Shown in pieces: positions 51,532-60,908 of a DNA stretch of 64,000 nucleotides. The DNA is taken from assembly GCA_041611735.1 (NCBI GenBank), contig JBFIML010000009.1:1-64000 (forward strand). Reading direction: 5' to 3'. How positions within the stretch are numbered: the stretch's first letter is position 1; every line of letters begins with the position of its first letter. Source of the stretch: Myxococcota bacterium (GTDB lineage: Bacteria; Myxococcota_A; UBA9160; PR03). The position numbers and the translations under genes are program-made. Under the pieces are notes generated by a model. It worked only from the letters and a program-made list of their open reading frames with translations, did no database searches and had not been told where the DNA came from.

Positions 51532-52595
51532 AGGAAGCGATCGCGGGGCCGGTCCTCGAGGGGGCGCGCAACGTGCTGGTGCGCGGGCCCAACTGGGCAG
51601 GCGACGTGATCATGGCGACGCCGGCCTTCCGCGCCCTGCGGGCGGGCTTCCCGGCGGCGCGTCTCACCCTCCAGCTCCGGCCGGGTCTCGAGCCGCTCCT
51701 GGAGGGGGCGCCCTGGTTCGACGCCGTCGTTCGCGTGCGCTCCCATGGCAAGGGGCTCGTGGCCCTGTGGCGCGAGGCGCGCGAGTTGCGGGCCGAGCGC
51801 TTCGACCTGGGCGTCTGCCTGCCCGACTCCTTCGCCTCGGCTCTGCTGCTTCGCGCCGGCGCCGTGCAGCGGGTCGTGGGCTATCGCACCCAGGGCCGCG
51901 GCCCGCTGCTCCATCTGGCGGTGGACCCGCCTGCCAGGACCCGTGGCCGTCGCCTGGTGGCGCGCGAACGCCACGTGCTCGGACTGGTGGAGGCGCTGGG
52001 CTGCCCGGGCCAGGGCACCCACCTGGAGCTCTTCGTGAGCGAGCGCGAGGAGGCGGCGCGTCGGCGGTTGTTTGCGGAACGGCGCCTGGACGAGACGCGT
52101 CCCTTCGCCGCCCTGGCACCGGGCGCCTCCTACGGAGCGTCGAAGCTCTGGCCTGCGGAGCGTTTCGCCCGGGTGGGGGACGCCCTCGCCGAAGCCGGCG
52201 CGCAGGTGGCCGTCGTCGGGGCTCCCGGGGAGCGCAGGCTCGCGGAGCGGCTGGTGGCCGCCATGCGCCGGCCGGCGGTGGACCTGACGCCGCATCTCGA
52301 CCTGGGGCTGCTCAAGGCGGTGCTGCGCCGGGCGCGGGTGCTGGTCTGCAACGATGCCGGAGCGCGGCACGTGGCGGTGGCGTTCGGTGTCTCCTGCGTG
52401 GTGCTCTTCGGGCCCACGAGCCTGGCGAAGACGAACTTGAACCTGGAGCGGGTGACGGCTCTGGCCGCGGACGTGGCCTGCCGGCCCTGCTACCACCGCG
52501 TCTGCCCCATCGATCATCGTTGCATGACACGGCTCGATCCGGAGCGCGTGATCGCAGCGGCGCTCGCCGCCCTCGCTGGCCGGGGACGCTCTTGA
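51528..52595 (+). CDS. waaF: ADP-heptose:LPS heptosyltransferase II-like (GT9)
   Basis: VRGPNWAGDVIM, PDSF.SA, PGASYGASKLWP, NDAG.RHVA, CRPC...CPIDHRCM. Confidence 0.88.
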   Translation: MKEAIAGPVLEGARNVLVRGPNWAGDVIMATPAFRALRAGFPAARLTLQLRPGLEPLLEGAPWFDAVVRVRSHGKGLVALWREARELRAERFDLGVCLPDSFASALLLRAGAVQRVVGYRTQGRGPLLHLAVDPPARTRGRRLVARERHVLGLVEALGCPGQGTHLELFVSEREEAARRRLFAERRLDETRPFAALAPGASYGASKLWPAERFARVGDALAEAGAQVAVVGAPGERRLAERLVAAMRRPAVDLTPHLDLGLLKAVLRRARVLVCNDAGARHVAVAFGVSCVVLFGPTSLAKTNLNLERVTALAADVACRPCYHRVCPIDHRCMTRLDPERVIAAALAALAGRGRS

Positions 52596-52615
52596 CCAGT
52601 CAAGAGCGTCCCCGG
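52580..52615. repeat. Perfect 17-bp inverted repeat (2-nt spacer) across convergent stop codons
   Basis: ccggggacgctcttgac-ca-gtcaagagcgtccccgg. Confidence 0.9.
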
Positions 52616-53742
52616 ACGTAGACGGCCTCCACCTCTTCGGCCTGCCGCTGCGGGTCGAAGCGCGACACGGCGTTGCGGCGCGCGGCGTCGCCGAGGCGGG
52701 TGCGCAGGTCGGCGTCGCGGCCCAGGCGCACCAGGGCGTCGCCCAGCCGCTGCGGCGTGTCCTCCACCACGATTCCGTCCAGCTCGTCGGTGACGAGCTC
52801 CGGCAACATGCCGCGACGCGACGCCAGGACCGGCCGACCCAGGGCCATGGCCTCCCGGACGGCCCGACAGGAGCCGTCGGTGCCCGGGACCAGGAAGACC
52901 TTCACGTCGAGCGCGCGCAGCCCGCCGACGTACTCGTCGTCCCGCAGGTAGCCCGGGAAGATCGCCACTTCTCCGAGGCCGAGGGCCTGGGCGGGACGCA
53001 CCGCCACCTCCTCCCGGTGGGTGCCCCGGCCGATCACCACGAGCCGCAGCTCCGGGAGGACCCGATGGGCCCGTGCCACCGCCGCCAGCAGCACGTCGAA
53101 GCGCCGCCGCCGCTGGACGCGTGCCGCGATGCCGACCACGAAGTGCTCGGGCCGGAGGCCGAGCTTGGCGCGCAGGTCCGGCAGCGGGCGCGCCGGGTCG
53201 AAGCGTGCCAGATCGATGGCCGTCTCCACCCGCTGCACGCGGTCCGGCTCGATCCGAAAGCGGCGCACGTCGGTCTCGAGAGCGCGGCGCGACAGCTCGA
53301 TCAGCACGTCGGTGCGGCGCGGCAGGAGCCAGCGGTTGCGGAGCCCGGCGGCGAGGGGCACCGCGTCGTGGTTGGTGCGCACCAGAAGCGGCGCGGAGCG
53401 CGTCCGCCCGCAGGCCAGGGCCGCGGTCAGGTGGTCGTTGGGGAGGTGACAGTGGACGACGTCGAAGCGCCGCTCGCCGAACAGGCGCCCGAGGTGGCGG
53501 GCGTCGCGCCAGGCGGCCAGGGGCTCGAAGTGCTTGGGCAGGCGCAGCCCCGGAACGGTGGCCAGGCCGCGCGCGGCCGCCGCGGCGGCCACGAGCCCGC
53601 TCTCCACGGGCACGTGGGCGGGCTTCGGCATGTGCGCCACGACCACGTCGTGGCCGCGCCGGGCCAGGTGCTCCGCCAGACGCAGGGCGGGCTCCGCGGG
53701 GCCCGTGAGCTTGAAGTTGCTCAACAGGTGCAGGACGCGCAT
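52600..53742 (-). CDS. Glycosyltransferase family 4
   Basis: MRVLHLLS..KLTGPAE, DVVHCH, IDLARF, REAMALGRPVLASRRGMLPELV. Confidence 0.9.
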   Translation of the reverse strand: MRVLHLLSNFKLTGPAEPALRLAEHLARRGHDVVVAHMPKPAHVPVESGLVAAAAAARGLATVPGLRLPKHFEPLAAWRDARHLGRLFGERRFDVVHCHLPNDHLTAALACGRTRSAPLLVRTNHDAVPLAAGLRNRWLLPRRTDVLIELSRRALETDVRRFRIEPDRVQRVETAIDLARFDPARPLPDLRAKLGLRPEHFVVGIAARVQRRRRFDVLLAAVARAHRVLPELRLVVIGRGTHREEVAVRPAQALGLGEVAIFPGYLRDDEYVGGLRALDVKVFLVPGTDGSCRAVREAMALGRPVLASRRGMLPELVTDELDGIVVEDTPQRLGDALVRLGRDADLRTRLGDAARRNAVSRFDPQRQAEEVEAVYVRGRS

Positions 53743-53746
53743 GGGC

Positions 53747-54652
53747 TCAGACCGGCTTGTCGTGACGGCGCCGTTCGGCGAGCCACTTGCGCCCGCCGTG
53801 GGCCAGCCAGCGCTCGCGCCGCGCGTGGGCGACGGCGGCGATCTCGCGCAGCGTCCCGAATCGGTCCAGCTCCGGATGGAATGCCACGTAACGGCGGAAG
53901 AAGCGCTGCTTGTCGCCTTCCTCGGGAGGTACGGGCAGGTGCGCCAGCTGTCCCAGGTTGTGGATCTTGAAGCGGGCGGAAGGCCTGCGCCCCAGGCGGA
54001 CGTCGCTCAGGTCGATCAGGAAGATCTCGACCCGTCCGGTCCGCTCGCGAACCAGCAGGTTCTTCGGCGCGAGGTCCCGGTGCCGTAGCCGGTGGGCGTG
54101 GAGGCGACCCACGAAGTCCGCGGCCGCGTCCAGGAAGGCCTCCCAGCGCAGGCGTGCCTCCGGGTCGAGGGGGTGCCCGTGTTCTGCCACCCACTCCACC
54201 ACGGGCACCGCATCGGCCAGGTACTCGTTCACGAAGTAGGAGCGGGGACCGGCCTCGAGGGCGCCGAAGGGCGTAGGGGTCGCGATGCCGCGTACCCGGC
54301 AGGCATGCGCCCCGAGCCAGGCCCGGCGCGCCCGCGAGCCGGTGAGCCGGTCTACCAGCCGCTGGCGCACGCGGGGCCGCTGGAACTCCTTCACGCACAA
54401 CGGCGGAAAGCCCGGGGTCGTCGGCTCCACCACGCTCAGCCGGGCGCGCCGGTCGGTCTTCAGGACGCCGTTCGCGTCGCCGCGTGCCAGGCGCGCGTCG
54501 TGCACACCGACCACCTCGGCGAGAAGCTCGGGTGGAACCCGTTCGGGCCGGAACCAGGTCGCCGCGTCGCGCCGCTCACGCCGGAAGCCTCCGCCGCTGG
54601 CCAGACAGCGCCGCGCCTCGCGGTCGTAGTGGTTCTCCCGGGAAGGGTCCAC
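53747..54652 (-). CDS. LPS kinase (Kdo/WaaP/InaA family)
   Basis: LCVKEF, SRARRAW, GIATP, HRDLAPKNLLV, LIDL; start estimated at GTG 54652. Confidence 0.82.
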   Translation of the reverse strand: MDPSRENHYDREARRCLASGGGFRRERRDAATWFRPERVPPELLAEVVGVHDARLARGDANGVLKTDRRARLSVVEPTTPGFPPLCVKEFQRPRVRQRLVDRLTGSRARRAWLGAHACRVRGIATPTPFGALEAGPRSYFVNEYLADAVPVVEWVAEHGHPLDPEARLRWEAFLDAAADFVGRLHAHRLRHRDLAPKNLLVRERTGRVEIFLIDLSDVRLGRRPSARFKIHNLGQLAHLPVPPEEGDKQRFFRRYVAFHPELDRFGTLREIAAVAHARRERWLAHGGRKWLAERRRHDKPV

Positions 54653-54753
54653 GTCGAGCGAGCAGTATACACAGCCATTGCGGGCTCGCCTGCGTTGCAC
54701 GCGCACGGAGGGGCCGCTACTCGTGACGCTCTCGATGTTCGGGTTGGGGAGTG

Positions 54754-54800
54754 CGGATCGGGAGAAGCTCGGATCGGGAGAAGGTCGGATCGGGAGAACA
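54754..54800. repeat. Tandem repeat, 3 x 16 bp (core cggatcgggagaa)
   Basis: Identical 13-nt core at 54754, 54770 and 54786. Confidence 0.92.
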
Positions 54801-54806
54801 TTGGGA

Positions 54807-56081
54807 GTGCAGATCGGAGCGTGGCGGGTGGTGTGGGCTGCGGACGCCCCGCGTACCGCCCTGACGCGACTGCTTCGCGAGCTCGGCGACCCCGACCCAG
54901 CCGACGCCGTGGTCGTCAAGCGCAGCCGCGTGCGACGCGTGCTGCGCGTCGCGCTCGAGGACGGGAGCCGCGTCTACCTGAAGCGGGATCCGGCCCGCGG
55001 TGGCAGCGAGCGTTGGCGCGCCCTGGTGGGGCGTTCGCGGGCGATGCAGGAGTTCGTCAACCTGCAGCGGCTCGGCGTTCTCGAGGTGCCGGCGGTGGCA
55101 CCGCTGGCCTGCGCCGAGCGGCGGGAGGGTCCCTGGCTGCGCGAGGCGCTCCTGGCGACGCGCGAGGTGCCCGGCGCGGCGGTGCTGCGCGACGTCCTCC
55201 GGCGCGATGCGGGCCCCGCACTTCTCCTCGAGCTGGCCCACCACATGCGACGTCTGCACGACAGCGGATGCTGGCATCGGGACCTGCACGCCGGGAACGT
55301 GCTGGTGGAGGCGCGCGGCGGCCGGCCGGCAATCTGCTTCGTGGACGTACAGAAGCTGCGACGCCTTCCGCTCTCCCTGCCCCGGGGGCTGCGTCACCGG
55401 GACCTCGGCATGCTGCACTACGACCTGGCCCGGCTGGTGGACGACGCCACCCGGGCCCGGGTCCTCGAGGCCTACGCGCGCTCGGGGACGCCCGAGCTGG
55501 ATGTGGGGAGGCTGCGTGCTCGGGTCGAGCGGGCTTGCGCGCGGCGGGCGCGGCGTCGGCTGCGCAGTCGCGAGCGACGCTGCGTGCGGCCCTCCACCGG
55601 CTTCCGGATCGAGCGCCGCGGCCGCTATCGCATCTACCGCCGGGCCGACCTGCCCCACGACTCGGTCCTCGCTGCGCTCGAGGCGCACCGGCGCGCCATG
55701 GCGCCGGGCCTCGTCGGGTCCCCTCAAGCCCGGCGGGCGACGCTCGTGGCGGGCGTGCTCGGGGGGCCGCCGCCCGGGCCCGCCCCGCGCCCCTTCGACC
55801 GGGGACAGGGAGCGCCCGAGCCGGGATCCCCGGCGCGGGGTGCGGTGCTCGTGCGGGAGGAGCCGGGCCGCGGCCTCGCGGAGATCCTGCTGCGGCCCCT
55901 GGGTCGACATGCGGGGATGCGGGCCTGGCGCGCGGCGCACGCGCAGCTGCTGCGCGGCATCGACCAGCCCGCGCCCCTGGCCCTGGTGGAGGAGCGCCAC
56001 CACGGACGCGTGGTGCGATCCTACCTGCTGGCGCGCGACGCGCCGGGAGCCGAGGATCCGGCTTCCAGCAGCTCGGAGTAG
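54807..56081 (+). CDS. LPS kinase (InaA/WaaP family) with truncated second kinase-like segment
   Basis: VYLKR, SRAMQEF.NL, HRDLHAGNVL, FVDV; C-terminal RAW..AHA..RGI..P; start estimated GTG 54807 (frame open from 54678). Confidence 0.8.
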   Translation: MQIGAWRVVWAADAPRTALTRLLRELGDPDPADAVVVKRSRVRRVLRVALEDGSRVYLKRDPARGGSERWRALVGRSRAMQEFVNLQRLGVLEVPAVAPLACAERREGPWLREALLATREVPGAAVLRDVLRRDAGPALLLELAHHMRRLHDSGCWHRDLHAGNVLVEARGGRPAICFVDVQKLRRLPLSLPRGLRHRDLGMLHYDLARLVDDATRARVLEAYARSGTPELDVGRLRARVERACARRARRRLRSRERRCVRPSTGFRIERRGRYRIYRRADLPHDSVLAALEAHRRAMAPGLVGSPQARRATLVAGVLGGPPPGPAPRPFDRGQGAPEPGSPARGAVLVREEPGRGLAEILLRPLGRHAGMRAWRAAHAQLLRGIDQPAPLALVEERHHGRVVRSYLLARDAPGAEDPASSSSE

Positions 56082-57163
56082 AGCTCCTCGTAGGCTGCCA
56101 CCATCTGGTCGGCGCGGAAGCCCTCGGCGATGCGTCCGGGGCCGGCCCGGCCGAGCTCCCGGCGCAGCGCGGGCTCGCGCAGCAGGCGTCCGAGGGCCGC
56201 GGCCAGTGCGGCCGGGTCGTCGGGGGGTACGAGCAGCCCCGTACCGCCCTCCACCACCGCCTCCGCGAGCCCGCCCACGCGGCTTGCCACCACGGGACGG
56301 CCGGCGGCCATGGCCTCCAGGGCGGCCACGCCGAGCCCCTCGCGGCGTGCGGGCAGCGCGAAGACGTCGCACGCGGCCAGCAGATCGGGTACGTCCTCGC
56401 GTCGGCCCAGAAAGCGCACGCGCTTGGCCAGCCCGAGCTCCTCGCTCAGCCGTTCGAGGCCGCTGCGGGCGGGACCCGAACCGCAGATCCAGAGGACGGG
56501 AGCCAGCCCTTCCTCCACCAGGCGCGCCAGGGCCCGCAGCAGCACGTCGAGCCCCTTGCGGGGCACGAGAGCCGCCACGGTCAGGAACAGGATCTCGTTC
56601 CCGAGTCCCTCGGCGGCTCGCACCGATTCCCGGCTGCGGGTCGGAGCCAGGGCCTGTGGGTCCACGGCACTCGGGATCACGCGCAGCGCCGCCTCCGGGA
56701 CGCCGCCCGCCCGGAGACGCCCCGCCACCGCCGGCGAGATGGCGACCACGCCCCGCACGAGGCGGCCATACAGGAGGCGCGTGCGCCAGCCGCGGCGTAC
56801 CGGTCGATCCATGCGGCGGGTGGTCAGCGCGGGCACCCGGGCGCTCCGGGCGGCCAGCCCCCCGAGCCAGGTGGCCCGCGCCGTGTGCAGGTGGACGAGA
56901 TCGGCCCTGGCGGAGCGCAGCAGCCGGCGCAGGGCGAGCAGGGCGGGCAGATCGAGATCGTTGCGCATGGTAAGCGGGCGCACGTCCAGAGCGCGGGCGC
57001 GCGCCTCGTGCTCCGCCCGGCTTCCGGGCGGACACACCAGGAGCGAGGCGTGGCCGCGGCGGCGCAGCCCCTCCAGCAGGAGGAAGACCTGCCGCTCGCC
57101 TCCCGAGAAGCCCGTCTCGGCATCCACGTGAACGATGCGGAGCGGTCGCGAAGGAGCGATCAT
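56021..57163 (-). CDS. Glycosyltransferase family 4
   Basis: IVHVDAETGFSGGERQV, RKGLD, FLGRREDV, EGLGVAALEAMAAGRPVVASRVGG. Confidence 0.92.
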   Translation of the reverse strand: MIAPSRPLRIVHVDAETGFSGGERQVFLLLEGLRRRGHASLLVCPPGSRAEHEARARALDVRPLTMRNDLDLPALLALRRLLRSARADLVHLHTARATWLGGLAARSARVPALTTRRMDRPVRRGWRTRLLYGRLVRGVVAISPAVAGRLRAGGVPEAALRVIPSAVDPQALAPTRSRESVRAAEGLGNEILFLTVAALVPRKGLDVLLRALARLVEEGLAPVLWICGSGPARSGLERLSEELGLAKRVRFLGRREDVPDLLAACDVFALPARREGLGVAALEAMAAGRPVVASRVGGLAEAVVEGGTGLLVPPDDPAALAAALGRLLREPALRRELGRAGPGRIAEGFRADQMVAAYEELYSELLEAGSSAPGASRASR

Positions 57164-57253
57164 GACGCGTGGACGGCCGCCGTGCGGGGGGGAAGCTGCG
57201 GCGGAGCAGGGTAGGGACTCCGGCGGGAGGGCGCTCGCCGGCGGTGGGGAAGC

Positions 57254-58897
57254 GTGAGACGAGCCGAAGCTGCCAACCCGCACGCCGCGGCGGCCGCCCC
57301 GGGGCCGCCCGTGTCGCGGGGCGAGGTGGGGGCCCTTGCGGCCCTTGCCCTGCTTGCGGCCGGGCTCCGCGTGATCGCCTGGCGACGCACCGTGGTGATG
57401 TTCAACGACGGCCCCATCTTCCTGGATCTCGCGCAGCGCATGGGTGCCGGCGACTGGCGGGGTGCGCTCGCCCACGACTTCCACCCGCTCTACCCGGCCC
57501 TCACGCTGGTCGCCCATCGTCTCGGGCTCGGCTGGGCGGACGCCGCGGCGGCGGTCTCGATCGCTGGCGGAGCCGCTGCAGTCGTCTTCCTCTATGCCTT
57601 CCTGCGCCACGCCTTCGGCCGCAGCCTGGCCTTCGTCGGGGCCGGGCTCCTGGCCGTGCAGGACCGGGCGGTGGAGTACGGCTCGGACGTCCAGACCGAC
57701 GCCCTGCATCTCGCGCTCTTCTTGGCCACGGTGGCGCTGGGGGCGCGGGCGCTGCGGCGTCGTTCCCCGAGCGGCGCCCTGGCCTGCGGCGGCGTCGCGG
57801 GCCTCGCCTACCTGACCCGCCCGGAGGGGCTGGTGGCCGCCTCCGGCGTCGGGCTCCTGGGGTTCCTGCGCGTGTTGCGTGGGCGCTGGCCCCGCGCAGC
57901 CGGGGCCAGCTGGCTGGCTGCCCTGGCCATGGGTGTAGCCGTGTGCGTGGTCCCCTACGCCACGGCCCTGCGTCTCGAGACCGGCCGCTGGGGCTTGAGT
58001 CAGAAGAAATCGGTGACGGTCATGGCGGGTCTCGCTCCCGAGTCGGAGGCGCCGCCGGCTCCCGCCACGGCTCCGAAGGTCCAGGTCGCGCCGCGAGCTC
58101 CGGCGGCGGCCCCGAACGCCGATCCCGTGGAGCCGGAAGCGCCGCCGGCGGCCGCGAGCCGGCGGGGCACCTCCGCCACGGCCGCTCTGCTGCAGCGCGT
58201 CCTGCGCGCGGCCACCGACGTCGTGCGCACCGCCATCGCGGCGCTGCGCTACGAGATGCTTCCGGTGTTCCTCCTGGGCGTGGCCCTCCGCTTCGGGCGA
58301 CCCCGGGCGGACGGCGCCCTGGTGCTCGCGGTGGCCGCGGTGCATGCCGCGCTGCTCGTCGCGCTGCTCCTTTCCTACGGGTATCTGAGCAAGCGCCACG
58401 TCCTGCCGCCCGTGGTGCTCGCCTACGGATGGGTGGCGCTCGGGGCGGCCTGGCTCGCGAGCCTGGCGCTGGCGACGGGACGGCGCGTACGCGCGGCCCC
58501 GGCCGCCGTGGGTCTGCGCAGCGCGGCGGTCCTGGGCCTCGCACTGCTGGCGATCGCTCCGCTGATTCGCCAGCTCGAGCCCAAGCGCCTCGACAAGCTG
58601 GCCGAACGCCGTGCCGCGGAGTGGCTGCGCGTGCACCGCTCCGCCCAGGGAGGCGCGGTGGCGGCCGATCGCTCGCGCGTGGCGTGGTACGCGCAGGCGC
58701 CCTACGTCTCCCTGCGCGGTCTGCCGAGCCGGGAGCCGCTCGCGGCGCTGCAGCGCCTCGAGGTCCGCTACGTGATCGTGGACGAGCCCGAGCAGCTGGA
58801 CCGCCTGCGACTGGCCGATGCGCCGGGCGCCCGGCTGTTGCACCGGGTTCGCGCGTCCGACCACGAGGCCTGGGTCTTCGAGCTCCCGCCGCCCTGA
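57254..58897 (+). CDS. GT-C fold integral-membrane glycosyltransferase (ArnT/PMT-like)
   Basis: TM1 then NDG..F, HPLYP, TDAL, GLAYLTRPEG, SKRH; many TM helices. Confidence 0.75.
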   Translation: MRRAEAANPHAAAAAPGPPVSRGEVGALAALALLAAGLRVIAWRRTVVMFNDGPIFLDLAQRMGAGDWRGALAHDFHPLYPALTLVAHRLGLGWADAAAAVSIAGGAAAVVFLYAFLRHAFGRSLAFVGAGLLAVQDRAVEYGSDVQTDALHLALFLATVALGARALRRRSPSGALACGGVAGLAYLTRPEGLVAASGVGLLGFLRVLRGRWPRAAGASWLAALAMGVAVCVVPYATALRLETGRWGLSQKKSVTVMAGLAPESEAPPAPATAPKVQVAPRAPAAAPNADPVEPEAPPAAASRRGTSATAALLQRVLRAATDVVRTAIAALRYEMLPVFLLGVALRFGRPRADGALVLAVAAVHAALLVALLLSYGYLSKRHVLPPVVLAYGWVALGAAWLASLALATGRRVRAAPAAVGLRSAAVLGLALLAIAPLIRQLEPKRLDKLAERRAAEWLRVHRSAQGGAVAADRSRVAWYAQAPYVSLRGLPSREPLAALQRLEVRYVIVDEPEQLDRLRLADAPGARLLHRVRASDHEAWVFELPPP

Positions 58898-58942
58898 TCC
58901 TGCTCGGCCGGCGGCACGGACCGGGCGGCCGCGAGGGGGCGA

Positions 58943-58972
58943 TCGACGCCAGCGCGGGCGGGCGGCTATGTT
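58943..58972 (+). promoter_or_regulatory. Possible sigma70-type promoter for rfaE1-yicC-gmk
   Basis: TCGACG-18 nt-TATGTT in the intergenic region. Confidence 0.35.
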
Positions 58973-59022
58973 GGGCGGGCGCTGCCGCCGCGACCCTCCG
59001 CGGCCGGCCGAGGGGGATCCGG

Positions 59023-60030
59023 GTGCGCCTCGACCTCACGCGTCTCGAGAAGCTCGTGGATGCCTTTCGTCGCGTCCGGCTGCTGGTGGTGGGGGACGTG
59101 GTCCTGGACGAGTACCTATGGGGCGACGTGGAGCGCGTGAGCCCCGAAGCGCCCGTACCGGTCGTGCACGTGAATCGCGAGTCCACCGTGCTCGGTGGAG
59201 CGGGCAACGTGGTGCGGAACGTGGTGGCCCTCGGCGCAGGCTGCGACTTCTGCTCCGTGGTGGGCGAGGACGACGCGGGGCGTCGGGTGGTGGCGCTGCT
59301 CGAGGAGCAGGGTGTGGACGCGAGCCGCCTCGTGCGCGAGCCGGGCCGACCCACCACACGCAAGACGCGGGTGATCGCCCGCTCCCAGCAGGTGGTGCGC
59401 TTCGACCGGGAGAGCGTCGATCCGATCTCGACCCGCGCTGCCCAGGGGCTGCTGCGCGCCATCGAGCCCGTCCTGTCGCGGACGGATGGTGCGATCCTCG
59501 AGGACTACGGCAAGGGCGTGCTCTCCACCCGCGTCATCGGGGCCGCCATGCGCCTCACCCAGCAGGCGGGGGTGCCCGTGGCGGTGGACCCGAAGGGGCA
59601 CCTGCGCGCCTACCGCGGCGCGTCGCTGCTCAAGCCGAACTTGCGCGAGGCGGAGCATCTGTCCGGCGTGGCGGTACGCCGGCCCGGGGATCTGGCACGC
59701 GCGGTGACCCGCCTGCGGCGCGTCATCGGGGGCGGCGCCGTGGTCGTGACCCGCGGAGCCGACGGCATGACCCTCTTCGAAGGGGATGGGCCGGGCCTCG
59801 CGGTGCACACGGCGCCGCGCGAGGTGTTCGACGTGCAGGGTGCGGGGGACACCACCATCGCCGCCCTGGCCCTGGCCCAGCGGGCCGGGGCTTCGCTGCT
59901 GGAGGCCGCCGTGATCGCGAATGCCGCCGCCGGCGTCGTCGTCGCCAAGATCGGCACGGCCACCGCGAGTCCCGAAGAGGTGCGCGAGGCGCTTCCGGCC
60001 GCCCTCGAGGCGGCGGAGGCGGGCGCGTGA
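59023..60030 (+). CDS. rfaE1: D-glycero-beta-D-manno-heptose-7-phosphate kinase (stand-alone HldE kinase domain)
   Basis: VVGDVVLDEY, RVSPEAPVPV, GGAGNV, DYGKG, VDPK, KPN..E, DVQGAGDT. Confidence 0.93.
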   Translation: MRLDLTRLEKLVDAFRRVRLLVVGDVVLDEYLWGDVERVSPEAPVPVVHVNRESTVLGGAGNVVRNVVALGAGCDFCSVVGEDDAGRRVVALLEEQGVDASRLVREPGRPTTRKTRVIARSQQVVRFDRESVDPISTRAAQGLLRAIEPVLSRTDGAILEDYGKGVLSTRVIGAAMRLTQQAGVPVAVDPKGHLRAYRGASLLKPNLREAEHLSGVAVRRPGDLARAVTRLRRVIGGGAVVVTRGADGMTLFEGDGPGLAVHTAPREVFDVQGAGDTTIAALALAQRAGASLLEAAVIANAAAGVVVAKIGTATASPEEVREALPAALEAAEAGA

Positions 60031-60908
60031 TCCGCAGCATGACCGGCTTCGCAACCGCCGCCTTCGAGGTGGAAGGGGCCGCCTTCGAGCTCGAGGTGCG
60101 CACCGTGAACCACCGCCACCTGGATCTGCGGGTGCGTCTGCCGCGGGGCATGATCGCCTTCGAGTCGGCGCTGCGCGATCGGCTGCGGGCGCGAGTCGGG
60201 CGCGGCAAGGTGGACGTGACGGTGCGGACCGCCACCGGCGCCGCTTCCGTCGACACGGTGAACGTGGATCTCGCCGTCGCCGAGCGGTATCTGGGCTCGG
60301 CCACGCAGCTGGCCGAGCGACACGGGCTGCCGGGAGGTCTGGATGCGGCCACGCTGCTGGCGCTCCCGGGCGTGGCGCGACTGGTGGAACGTTCGCTTCC
60401 GGCGCAGCCGTTGCGGGAGGCCCTGCACGCGAGCCTGGCCCGGGCCCTCGACGGGGTGGACGCCATGCGTTGCGCCGAGGGGGGGGCCCTCGGCCGCGAG
60501 CTCGAGACGCGGCTGGCGCGGGTGGACGAGCTGGCCGGCGGCGTGGAGGCGCGGGCGGACGTCGTGCAGCAGTCGGTGCGTGAACGGCTGCGCAAGCGTG
60601 CCAAGGAGCTCGCTCGCGAGACCGGCCTTCTCGACCAGGCTCGCCTCACCCAGGAGATCGTGCTGGCCGCGGACCGGCTCGACGTGACCGAGGAGGTCGT
60701 CCGCCTGCGCAGCCACGTGGAGCAGTTTCGCGGGCTCCTGGTGGCCGGAGAGCGCGTGGGCCGGCGGCTCGATTTCCTGCTCCAGGAGATGCTGCGCGAG
60801 GTGAACACGATCGGATCCAAGGGATCGGATGCTCCGATCGCCCACCTCGTGGTCGAGCTCAAGAGCGAGCTCGAGCGCCTGCGCGAGCAGGTCCAGAACG
60901 TTGAGTGA
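60027..60908 (+). CDS. yicC: YicC/YloC family endoribonuclease
   Basis: [56 protein letters not shown]. Confidence 0.94.
   Translation: MIRSMTGFATAAFEVEGAAFELEVRTVNHRHLDLRVRLPRGMIAFESALRDRLRARVGRGKVDVTVRTATGAASVDTVNVDLAVAERYLGSATQLAERHGLPGGLDAATLLALPGVARLVERSLPAQPLREALHASLARALDGVDAMRCAEGGALGRELETRLARVDELAGGVEARADVVQQSVRERLRKRAKELARETGLLDQARLTQEIVLAADRLDVTEEVVRLRSHVEQFRGLLVAGERVGRRLDFLLQEMLREVNTIGSKGSDAPIAHLVVELKSELERLREQVQNVE

Noticed and set aside
54754..54800. Tandem repeat considered as a CRISPR array
   Set aside because: Units are contiguous 16-mers with no unique spacers, and no cas genes are present.
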